Shown here: one piece after another, positions 27,782 to 39,735 of the stretch
Position numbering within the stretch: the stretch's first letter is position 1
How the letters are laid out: every line of letters begins with the position of its first letter
Origin: Bugula neritina
Taxonomy: Eukaryota; Animalia; Bryozoa
Assembly: GCA_964035545.1 (NCBI GenBank)
Contig: OZ037768.1
Location: 4,806,741-4,870,740 of the forward strand
Length of the DNA stretch: 64,000 bases
Direction of reading: 5' to 3'
The notes under the pieces: model-generated
What the model was told of the DNA's origin: nothing
Database searches by the model: none
The model's input: only the letters and a program-made list of their open reading frames with translations
Translations under genes and position numbers: made by a program

Positions 27782-29419
27782 ATGCAACCTGTGGTTGAAT
27801 ATTCAGGAGATTGTTTGCTGATATCTACCCTGGATGGGTCTTGTTTGACATATAATACTGCTGGAAATGGTGAAGCTAGTGCAACGCCTACTATTATCAA
27901 GTCACAGCCTGTTGCTGGCAAAGCCGTGGATGATGTGGCCAAGGGAATTGTACTTTGTGCCAAGTTTTCAAATTCTGGCAAATTACTGGCCATATGCAAT
28001 GATTATAAGCAAATTCTTTTGTACGCACTAAATACAGGTAGGCAATGATTAACAAAAATACTTTTTCTATTAAGTTATTTCTTGTTTTTCAATGTTGCTA
28101 AAAATATTCCAGTTGCTATTATTCATTTTATATGTATTTTAATCATTACTCAACCATGATTTTACTAGTCAATAGCTAAGGCAATGCTCGACCTGCAAAC
28201 AAATTATTTTATATTTTATATAGAATGCCCATCTGATTACACATTAATCAGCTCTAGATCTACTGCTAAGAAAGCAGTGAAGCTGGAATTTTTACAAGAT
28301 GACTCCGAGGTTTTGATGGCTGACAAGTTTGGGGATGTGACCTCATTTTCAGTACTGAAACCTGAGAAGGAAGGCGACGTAATATTAGGCCATCTGTCTA
28401 TGCTTCTAGATTGTATATTGATTCATGATGGCAAATATTTAGTTTCAGCTGATAGAGATGAGAAAATAAGAGTTACACATTATCCTAATACATATAACAT
28501 TCAGGTATGGGGGATTCATGTATATGGCGTAAATAAAACTCTTCTAGTGTTCTGATCTAATAGCTACTGTCAAACCGACACTACAATTAATATCCAAACT
28601 TCAAAAAGTCTTTGAAGCCGCCGCTATTGAATATTTATTTACCTAGTTTTATTAATTTCTAAATTTTAATTCTTTAGAGTACAATGTTTATGTTGGAAAG
28701 CAAATGTTACATTTTCTTATTTGTTTTCCAAACATGTTTGATGAATTGTGGATGAAGAATAAAAGTCTGTAAACTTTGAACTCAATTCAGCACATTTTAT
28801 TTTACAGGCATTTTGTTTGGGGCACACTAGCTATGTGACCTCACTAGCAGCAGCTGAAGAATGGTTGGTATCAGCTAGTGCCGACAGCTCTGTTAAGTTG
28901 TGGAACCCTGTGACTGGAACTATGCTTAGCGAAGTAACATGTAGCAGTGATAGCAAGGTGGTTCAGCAGGTGGTTTACGTGCCAACACATAAATGCGTAG
29001 TTTGCCTTATAGCTGGCTCAACTAAGCTGGTAATCATTACTATTAATTTTGACAATGATACTCCTAAATTTTCTGAAGTACTGAAAGAAAGGGAATTGTC
29101 AGCTCCTGCTCTGAGTATGTCCATGTATAGAGACAATATTCTAGCATTACTTAATTGTGAAAGTGCCCCTCTACAGCTAATAAATATTGACAAAGATGCA
29201 AATGAAGTGGAAATAAGTGTAGCTGGTGATCTAGTGGATATTTGTAAAGACTTGACCTCCAGGTGGTCTGCCTTTGCAGATGCCTACAATACTCAAAGTA
29301 ATTTCTTTAGAAATCTTACTAAAATGAATTTGGACAATGTTGAGGAGGAACTCGCAAGAAAAGGCAAGTGTTTGTGTACATCAGAAGAAAGTGCTGGTAA
29401 ATTACCGAAAATTGATTAA
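27782..29419 (+). CDS. WDR4: tRNA (guanine-N7)-methyltransferase non-catalytic subunit WDR4/Trm82
   Basis: Exons 27782-28037, 28224-28504, 28808-29419 with consistent phases. Hallmark motifs ADKFGDV, LGHLSMLLD, SADRDEKIRVTHYP and AFCLGHTSYV. Confidence 0.95.
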
Positions 29420-32009
29420 TGATGTCATTTTAACCAGTTTGTATTGTGATGAAAGTCGCTACGAAACATTTTTTATGCCTTTTATAAAAAGCTAATTACT
29501 TGCATTTTATTAAGAAATAAATCAGACTTTTATATCATATGTTATGCTATTTCCTTTTAATCATAATTTTTCTGACTTATAAGAAACTGCCAATTTAAAA
29601 AGTCTAAAAATACTATTATATACATTCAAAAAGATAAAATTATCAAATATGTTGAAAATAGAGGCTGGAGTTGCTACTAGCTGCTCTGTTGACTAGTTGA
29701 TATAGGGTACGTATTGGTAAGCTAAGAGCAGTGCAAGTTTAATCAAAACTTCCTTTCAGTTTGCACTAACCTATCAGCAGCAGAATAGATCTGCTTCATT
29801 TACTTGCTTGATCTTGGCCAGCCATAGAAAGCAACTGGTTTTGTTTATAAGTCGTATTGCAGTAGATAAGAGCATGGAAACTTTATCACATTAATTATAA
29901 CACTCCTTATCCTGTTGTAGAAAGGAGAGCATAACCAAAACATCTTACCACAACACACAACCAGAATCTTATCCCATGAATTTTCACCTGGTCTAGTAGC
30001 TGACACCAATTTTCTTCACTTTTAAACATGAAAGACAAAGCTTTGATGTAATTGGTAAACAGGGTACATGGAGTATAAGTTCCATGTAAACACATCTGGT
30101 GTCCAGGCAAATAGTCATAAATATAGCATGCAGAAGTGCTAGCTGGTCCTCTAAAATAAATTTTATAGGTAGATGTAGACAGGAGAATAATTATAATCCA
30201 TTCAGTCAATGTATCAAGCACATTTGTACACATAGAAAACTCATCAATGTCTACTCTAATCCCAAGAACTAATTTTTACATATTTGCAGGTAATAAGACT
30301 AACTTGTCCTCAAATGTTGCTTCAATATAACAGCAGTGTGCCAGAAAGAAAGCAAATTGATATAATATTAGGTATTACTCACTATAGTAATTGACAGTAG
30401 TCTCAAATTAGATAGGAATTGTGTCTCCTTGAGAAGTTGGCCGTTTAGCAAGAAAAAGCCTGATTTGCTCATACTTGGTTACTGAGCAGTAATATAGTCC
30501 GAAATTGCCTGCAGCGTATGAGTAAGCACTAGCCCGGAACAAAATAATCTAATTTTGGAGTTAACATTGGAGAAAGATATTCATATAGCTTCTACTTCTA
30601 GTTCCTGGAAAACCGTGGTAAATATATACAACGGTATAAGACAGTACAATAAAAATTATACAATCATAATACATAAGTACTTTTGCTGAAAAATCAGACA
30701 GTACTTTATAAAATACACTTGAATTCGTGCAAAAAATATATTAATTATTAATAATAATATCATTAAAAATAAATTTAATTAATAGTACTTTCACTTTGAC
30801 TTTAAGTTTAAATTCAATAGTATTTATCATTATAATTATCATAATGATAATGATATTAATAGCATTACGTTTACTCTTGATGTTTACTATAACTATAAGT
30901 TTAAACATTAATTTTAAATTTAATGTGATTATTAGATAGATGATCATGATGATGATAATCATCATAATTATAATGTCAATGATGTTGATAATCAAATAAT
31001 GACATATATAATTTAAGTTCAACTTTTGCTTTACGTTTAACCATTATGATTATGACTATTGTAACTCATTATGAGTGAGTGGTTTCAAATTTAAAATTTT
31101 ATTATAAATTTACTTTTGTTTTTGTCTATTTTAATTTAATCATTTCATTAAATTTAATGATTAATTATTTTTAATTCTAAGCAATTACGGAAAGCATAGC
31201 AATGTACGAATGGTAAGATTACCTTTACTGTAATGAGTAACGACTAAGTTTTGAATGCCAATCTCCACCTGTATGCCAATAACGTTTAGTTCTAGTGTCG
31301 CACTGCTTTAGGGGTTAGCTATACTACTGCAAGTAAGTGCATGGTAACCAATAGTAGCGTAGTACTATATGGTTTTTAGTTGTAGTAATAAGCGTAGTAT
31401 CTTGTTTAATAATTTATATTTGTACAATTATTAAATAATGAATTTGATGTGTTAATTGTGTTAATATTACACTTGCAGTATATGTCATAGTTGTGCTTAT
31501 ATATTTATTTAGTTTGGCAGCTATTTTGATAAGTTAGCGATATATTATTTTGGGTTCAATGTTAATATTACTCTTACTCTAACCCTTTTAATTTAGAGTT
31601 TGCAACATTATTATGGTGAGTTTAAAGTTCTGCAGATACCACTATGAGTGTGAACATCAAGTTTAATATTTTTACAGTAATTTTAACTGTAACCGCCAGT
31701 CTCGGGACCCTTTTTGAGTCTAAAATTAAAGTTAAACTCAAATGGTAAAAGGCTCATCATATAGATGCATGAACCTGAAAACATTAGACGCAGCAGAATT
31801 ATAAAGATGAAAACTTTCTGATAATTACATAAAGATATTTTTAAAAATGTAAATCGTAAAATCAAATAAAAGTTAAATTACTGTGAGTAGTTGAGACTAG
31901 CATGGCTGGGTCCAAGGAACTCACAACAAATCAACAGATTTAGTCTAACCACTTGATAAAATCAGGTCATGGCCCAAACAAAATATTTGAATCAGTAACT
32001 TGAGCTTCC

Positions 32010-32180
32010 AGTCAATAGTCGTTATCCCTGTGAACCCCTGATGGAAAGGGTTTTTTTTAAAGTTGGCTAAGGACTTATTCTTGTATAGCACAGGAGCAAT
32101 TATGACCGGATGCTCTTCCAGCATTGCAGCTGGTGTTTAGATTCAAACCACCGACTTCTTGTTTCCTGGCCCATAAGAAT
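32010..32180 (-). mobile_element. Possible degenerate tRNA-derived SINE
   Basis: On the minus strand a B-box-like GGTTTGAATC is followed by GGAAGAGCATCCGG, resembling a core seen in invertebrate SINEs (from memory, not searched). No clear A-box or TSD. Confidence 0.3.
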
Positions 32181-33209
32181 CTTATGCATATTATTAGTAA
32201 TAAATTTATTTAACCTAATAATTTTTATTTACTTTATCATTATTGTTATATGCTAATAAGAATTATCATACAACTTTCGTTTTAATTTGCAATTTGATAT
32301 TCATACTAGTATCACATAACCGCATTCATATTTACACTCGTGCTCATACTAATTGTTGATAGTATTTGAAACTTGCATATGTCAATGTTTGCACCCTGTA
32401 ACTTTGTTGAAACTAGGTATTGTGCTATGAATGTATTTAAACCTTTGGGTACGTTCTTGTTAGAGATCTAATTTTTCACTATTTTTTCTCAAGCAGTGCA
32501 TTAAAATGTAAATATGAATTAGCTGGTAGTTATAAGAAATATAAACATATATATTAATTATTGAACTATTAGTTAAGGTGATGAGATTGTAATCTGGGTT
32601 TATATATAAAGCTTAGATATAGTTTTAGGTTACTATGGTATAGTTACCATAACATAGCCCACACATATAACTTCTTTTGACTACCATAGCTTTGAGGTCA
32701 TTGTCATTATTAACATTGGTTGAGCTGATTAACTATTAGGTGGTTGAAGGTGAGAATGAGTCTTATAGTTGGTTATTAACTTCAGAGTAAATGCTAGATC
32801 TTATAATCACTATCCACCAGGGTTATTATTTGAGAGTAATTATATGTTTCATGTTTTAATTGTGTCATGTTTAGCGTAGGCGGTGCGGTTTTAAGATAAA
32901 ACATTGTCTGAGTTAGACCATTTCCTTGTTATACAACTTTTTGATATGGTAATCAGTTGCAGATTGGCTGTAGATGATAGAGTATGCTTTCCAATGCCTG
33001 TTGCTGACTTCTAGTTCCAATATTGAATGTTTATCTACTTGTAATGATCTGTTTATAGCTCAGTTATCTACACTCCCTTGCTGTTCTCTGTATTAGTCAT
33101 TGTTGAAATATATTACTTATCTTTTGCTATTCATTTTTAGATCAAATATCTACTCAAATGGCCTTACTAACTCTGATGAAGCAGTTTTGAGCTGGTTATT
33201 GGCAGCAGA

Positions 33210-36200
33210 ATGTCAAATGTGTTTCTATTCAAGCTACTACTACTAAACATTTTCTTATTTTCGTCTCTTGAGGCCTATACAGTCGAAGATATCAATGGTG
33301 AGTGGATCCAGGCTATTTCTTACATTGGCTTATTGTTTCCCAATCACATTTTTCAAAGTTTTGTTAGCAACAAGATTTTAAAATATGTGTTGTCTTTATT
33401 TTCCTTTGCCTATAATGTTTCTTCCATGATTAGGTCGTATGGCATTCCGGCTGCAGAATGTGGGGAGAAACATTATCATATACTGAATGAGTTGTTCATT
33501 TACACTGCATTTTCATTGCTTCACATTATGGATGCTTGTATGATTGATTTGTTGTTTGGTTTGCATTAACTTATTGTTCTGTTTCATTAGATGCAACTGT
33601 TTCCAAACATGGAATGAAAAATCCATTGCATAATGTGAAGCTTGGAAACTAGTGTTGATGTTCTATTTCACAGGATGTGTGCCGTGCCAGTCTGGAACTG
33701 ACCCACAGTATATCATACATCCTACTAATTGCAACGAGTATTTCTACTGCACCTACGATTCAACATGGCTGCCACAAGCATGTGTAGACCCAGCTCTTCA
33801 GTTCGACCCTCTCCAGGGTTGGTGTATAGATGCTGCCATGAATTGCTCCTATTCTTACGGAGGGAGAATTGACAATCTAGGAATAGACATTGACGATGTC
33901 TATCCCTACTGCAATGGAAAAATTACTGTCATAATGTCAACTTCTTCATCTGATTCTGCTGTTTTTACTGCTACCACAACGTCCGGCAGCGCAGGTACGT
34001 TCTATATTGTAGTTGCTTGTGTGTGGAGTGTGGGATATTTATTATAGTAGGTTACTTGTAATTGCAGACATTTAAAGTCTGGCTCAACAACTGTCTTTTA
34101 TTAAAATCTATAGTTTATTCTAAACTGATACATACCCGCATTATAATGTTGAAATATCTGGTGTGACTGTATTTTTCTCTGCTAACTGTGGACTACCATG
34201 GTTTCTTACAACACGGTGGGCTGGCGAAATCATACATAGAATCTGGTCCACCCTTCCTATTGTGTCAACCCAGGTTCATTGGGTACCCAGCCCTTACTAA
34301 TATGCACTAAACAACACACACTGTGGGCAGGTACCTCATGTAATAAATAATGTTGCTGTACTTGTTTGTTCTGCCTGAAGTGGAAGTTGTCTTTTCTAGT
34401 AAAATTCATGGAGCATTTTATAAAGCATCAACAATCAACTTTAGATTTCAATGGCCCAAGTTTTTTAATTGTTTTTATGAAATTTGGTTTGAGTCAGATG
34501 TTGGAACTCTCGCAAATTTCTAGATCAATGCACCTATTTCCATTTTTAGTATCGAGTTTAGAATTAATTGTTCATAAATGATAAATAAAAATAATGTACA
34601 TGTGGTCATTTGCACAATATGCATAATTCTGTTGGTGGTCTTCATTTAGATCTTGTGGAAGAATATAATATAATGTAAGTAAAAAGTTAGATAGAATATT
34701 GTGTGAGAATGTAGCGAGGCTTAAACCATCTTAAACCACTCCACCAGACCAATCCTACAAAGAAAACGCTTTGCTAAATTTTTTCACCAAAAATATATAA
34801 AGGAAGTGATTAAAATGTGTGAACCACTGCCCTGCTTATTATTAAATACTACACAGCAGTTATTATTAGACTTTAGAGGCACCAATGCAAAACCCCTATA
34901 ATTTGTAGATTGCTTTTTCCTTTCTTGATCCCATTGCATTTTATAGAGTTTGGTTGATTTATTGACTACTTATAATATTATTATGGGGTTGGCTAGTTAG
35001 CAGATGTGATTAAAATATTATATAATATCAAAGAGTATGGTGCATAATATAATATCACAGAGTATGGTACATTATATAATATAGTGCATTATAGTATTGG
35101 TATATGCTATAATACAGTATAGTATTATAAATGATATAGTACAGTGTAGCATGGTACGTGATAATAATATAATATTAGTAAAGGACAGAATGCAGTACAG
35201 TATAATACAGTACAGTATAAGATATATTACAACACCATGCAGTATACGTAATAGCTGGTTTATATTAATCACTAGGTGTTGAGGAAATGTGGTAACTGTT
35301 GCGATTTGCTTTGAATCTTCAAACTATTAGTTTGTTGATCATAGGAATGGTAGGGGATACCTGATTCACTATTGTGGCTTATTCAGTGTGTTTACTCAAT
35401 AATGTTATAGTTCATTCAGCTTGCTAGGCAACTCCTACGTGATTTCATCACACTGGGAGTGTGGCTTCTCTTTCTCCTTCACAGTTGGCATTTGGTAAAT
35501 TACCATAATAATATTATGATAATTAATGTAGACTTGGCTGGTACTTCGTATTATACTAACTTTATAAGAAGCATCACTTATAGTATATTATTAGTGGCTG
35601 TACCCCATCATTAATTACACTGTCCATGCAGTTGATCAACAAGCTAGCACCATGCAAGCTGTGTCAGTGACCGGCAGGCATCAGGTGCCATTAAACAGCA
35701 TATTTCTAACTACACGGCCTTCCGGTTGCCTGGAGTTGAAACTCCATCGGTCATCTGTGTTGTTGTCATCTGGTCACACAACTGGTCACACAACTGGTCA
35801 AAAACTGTGACTGGCATCACTTCCGACAGCAACTTGGCTCTATTTTTGTTTATATTGGTTCATGTTAAAGCTTGCTTGTGCCAACACCACCTGTCGCTGA
35901 CCAGACACAAAGTCCTGACCTGTAAGTTTGAATGGTCATCCTGTAAGAGAAATTCATAGAAAACTGGGTTTGATTACCTGAAATGAGAAAAACATTGTCT
36001 CTATATTTAACTAGTGAATAATCCTATTATTTAAACTTAGACAAGCAGTTGTAAAAGTTGACAGTTCAAAGCTTAAAAAGCTCAGTTTTGTGGATCATTG
36101 TTGACCTCAAAAATGTAGACCTGTTAGGGCTTACAAGTTGGGATTTGGGTTAAACATGTAAATTAATTAAAAAAATTAATTTTGTGCGTTCCTGTTTCTA

Positions 36201-37993
36201 ACCTGTTGTGGCCTAACATTGAATCATTTTTCATGCTCTGTATGTTGTTAGTATACTGTGTTTACTGTACATGTGTAGTTGATATATCTGCTGTGTGTGT
36301 ATTGTTGGTATATCATACTGCGTGATGTTAGTATACCATACTGGGTGTATTGTTGGTATATTATACTGTGTGTATTGTTGGTATACTATACTGCCTGTAT
36401 TGTTGGTATATTATACTGTGTGTATTGTTGGTATATCATACTGTGTGTATTGTTAGAATACTATACTGCCTGTATTGTTGGTATATTATACTGTGTGTAT
36501 TGTTGGTATATCATACTGTGTGTATTGTTGGTATACTATACTGTGTGTATTGTTGGTATATCATACTGCATGATGTTAGTATACCATACTGGGTGTATTG
36601 TTGTAGGTAGTAAACCCAGAAGCACCACCACGATTCTCGCTTCATTGCTGGGAGTGACTTTCTTTATTTTAATTTTGGTTTTAGTTGCTATAGTTTTGTA
36701 TAGATGGAGACAGAAGTTACGTCGTCCGTAAGTTACTAATGCCTCACTTGTACTAATGCAACTTGTTTTCGAGTAGATGTGGTTTTAATATTTCTGTGTA
36801 AAATGGATTCATTCGATATTTGCTACTAAATTGAGATTTAAAAGCTTTGCAAAATGGAAAACTTCTTGCTCACATCTAACTGCATCAACCCAAAAAATTA
36901 GTAAACTCCAATCTAACAAATTGAACTCGAATTAAGTTTAGTAAATCAAGTTTTGATGAATTGGCTAACACTCTATTGGTTTGTCTTCATTACTCGCAGC
37001 ATATGATTTTGTGTTTTGCTATAAATTTTGTGAGAATTTTGAGCACTTGTACAACAATGTTAAATATATTATATTGCAGCCGACACTTTTACAGCAGTGT
37101 ACCTCGCGGCAGTACAATCCTACGAAGCACTAGTCCAAGGCCACCGCAGCCACCTGTTGCAGCTGCCAACGTCAACTATGTCAACAGAAGTAAATTGAAG
37201 GAGGATGATGTCATCAACTCAGATGCAATAGTAAGATCACAAGATGTTATTTCACACACTGTTGATATTATTAGTGCACTGTTGATATTTTTAGTGCAGC
37301 ATTGCATGGGAATACAAAAATATCAGATTTAACCAAGTGTTACTAAATCATGTATTAATACATCACTTAACCCAATGGATTTCAGGCATATCCGTTTGCC
37401 AATTTTTTCAAAGTTTCTCCTGTTTGTCCTGATTTCATGTAATCTGACTTGTTTAGTACGAGATGCCCGAGTCAGAAGAGGCTGGATACATGGAGATACC
37501 TGAAAGAACGTCCAAGGCTTACTACTCAGACCCAGATAATGGTGTGGGCGTCCCGGCTAGACCTCTTCTTCCCTTACCAGGAGATACTCGTCCAGATAAA
37601 TATACACCTGATGAATATGACGGAAAAGATGTACCCAAGTATACTGTAGACGAAGAGGCTGCTAGGGACACCTACGTACACCCCGGTGAGAATATTCTGT
37701 TGGAGAACCATGTCTATGCTGTGACATCACAAGGGGACGGTGCCTCCATGTCGCCCAATATGTTGGAAGTAGCCGAACCATACGAGTATTGTAGACCTGA
37801 ATCTGCTCACCCTACTCTGAGTTTCAGACGGGACTCTCCTTTACCTCCCTTGCCAAACCCCTCTGCTGATTCAAACAGTGGCTCTAACCCCCAGTCTCCC
37901 CCCTACTATGTAGACCCTTCAAGTATAGTGCCAGAACAATCCACCCCTCACCAGTATCATACCTTAGAGCCGTTGAAAAAAGGTGCTCAATAA
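33210..37993 (+). CDS. Type I membrane protein: signal peptide, chitin-binding type-2 (peritrophin-A/CBM14) domain, S/T stalk, TM, Tyr/Pro-rich cytoplasmic tail; ~405 aa
   Basis: Exons 33210-33297, 33674-33994, 36607-36727, 37080-37230, 37457-37993 join in phase (1218 nt). Six-Cys CBM14 pattern C..HPTNCNEYFYC..C..LQFDP....C......C. TM ILASLLGVTFFILILVLVAIVLY followed by RWRQKLRR. An extra stalk exon near 35632 is possible. Confidence 0.82.
36290..36603. repeat. 25-bp minisatellite (TTATACTGTGTGTATTGTTGGTATA)n, ~12 copies
   Basis: Tandem array that runs directly into the acceptor at 36606. It explains ORFs 36279..36731 (5' part) and 36350..36610. Confidence 0.95.
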
Positions 37994-39183
37994 ACTTCAG
38001 ACTCTAATTCCAATGTGATATTGAAAGCTGAAAAGGTGGTGCCTGCATTTATATTTCTATATATGCATTAGAATATGTAAGAGTATTTTCAAGTCTGGTT
38101 TATTATATTACATGCATTATAAATGACCTGGATGTTCAGTGTAACATACATGATAGAGTGCCAACTACAGTAACTGCTGAAAATTCTTAGTCATATGATC
38201 TGGTGCGAAAGTTTCTTTTTCTAAAAATCGGTTGCATATTTTGTTTACTCATCTTTAGCATGTTTTTGCATTTTTATATTTTTGTCAAATGTTTGAAATT
38301 TGTAAATCACATTGTGTTTGTTTTACTTTAAAATCAACACACAGCCTTTTCTATATTATTATAATATACTGTAACTGGCATGCCTATTTACTAAAGCCTA
38401 CTTTTTAAAAGTTTTCTACATGTTTTATAATATATATCTCAATTGTAATATATCTCAATTCTAAACTCCAACTGCCAAGACTGGTATTCTAGAAGCAAGG
38501 TCAACTGACCTACAGAACTGGCAAAAGGACAAGTTGTTTTTGATTTGAAAGTACAACAGTGTTTTTATTAAATAGTTAATAGCTTAGGTTTAGACTGGGA
38601 ATAATAATTTGTTATTCTATTATTATTGATGATCCATTTAGTGAGTGTTATTCAAACCTTTGCTTCATCAAAATTGTTTGTTTATGCAGAAACACTTGTC
38701 AAGGTCTCAGTGCAGCCTTGCTAGTTGTTTTGAGATTAGAAAATTGAGAAATCTCTTTATAGCACTAAGTGTGTGCTTTAGTTAATTTTCAAACAGAATG
38801 ATTACCAAGCAATTTATTACAGTTTTCCAACTTCTCGTGCATAATTACGAAGCAAAATTACTAGCACTCTACAATTCAATTAGGTGTGGTTTGCGGCACG
38901 CAGGTCAATGACCTCAGCCGCCAGTAGCACCACTTTTCAAGTTCTAAGACAAAGACTGTAAGTAAAAACAGTTGAAATAATAAGCCTAGATATTAAATCC
39001 GGTTTTGAATAATTGCAAAATATAAACTCAGGGCAAAAGTGATAGCATTAAGCTGATAGGTATAAAAATAAATACAAAATTTATTGCTTAAATTAGTAAC
39101 ATAAAGTAAAAATATTCACACTTGGCATTTACTCTTGTCATACTGTAAACACATAAGATATGGGTGTAAAGGATGGAAATATA

Positions 39184-39735
39184 TTACACTTGTTTCAGTT
39201 CTACAAGTGCATTCTTTGAATTGAGTTTATTGAATTGTTCTACAGGACCACTTACACTTTTACTTACTGATGACTCATATCGAGGTACATATGAACTGTC
39301 TACGCCAGGCACTGCCTTATAATAGCCTCTAGCCTTTACAAACTTTGTTTCACCCAAATCAACCGAGTGCACAAGCCTGGCGGGTATGCACAGGACGTCT
39401 CCTATTTGTAACAATAGTCGAAACCATTCTTCATTTGACCTTACGTCAAAATAACAGAATCCCTCCTTTATAAACCGTATCTCCTCAGTAAGGTGGTAGT
39501 GCGGTCGTCTGAATCGAGCCAATTCTTCCTCATATTCTGTTTGACTGAGTTCTCCAAGAGGCTTGTTAGTGTGTATGTTGTCAGTTAGCGTGACGTCAAA
39601 GCGCTGAACAAAGTCATTTTGTAGAGAGGCATCTCCATCTTCTTTTGATAATTGCCAGATTTGAACTCCAGTAGCTTCCTGTACTACATTTACATCTACA
39701 ACCTCATTATCTACCTTCCTTGATGCTATAACCAT
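39184..39735 (-). CDS. Acireductone dioxygenase-like cupin (ADI1/ARD family), 183 aa, single coding exon
   Basis: HYHLTEEIRFIKEGFCYFDVRSNEEWFRLLLQIGDVLCIPARLVH matches ARD HxH...EIR....G.GYFDVR...W.R.....GD....PA...H. The first ATG is at 39735, after an acceptor at ~39767; the ORF-track start is a TTG. Confidence 0.88.
   Translation of the reverse strand: MVIASRKVDNEVVDVNVVQEATGVQIWQLSKEDGDASLQNDFVQRFDVTLTDNIHTNKPLGELSQTEYEEELARFRRPHYHLTEEIRFIKEGFCYFDVRSNEEWFRLLLQIGDVLCIPARLVHSVDLGETKFVKARGYYKAVPGVDSSYVPRYESSVSKSVSGPVEQFNKLNSKNALVELKQV

Noticed and set aside
30741-31022. Ile-rich ORFs here and at 1886, 2087, 21061, 21869 and 49542
   Set aside because: Products of 3/6-nt periodic low-complexity intronic sequence, not proteins.
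36279-36610. Cys/Tyr-rich hydrophobic ORFs (YCVYCWYIILCVLL repeats)
   Set aside because: They are translations of the 25-bp intronic minisatellite. The real exon starts at the acceptor at 36606.
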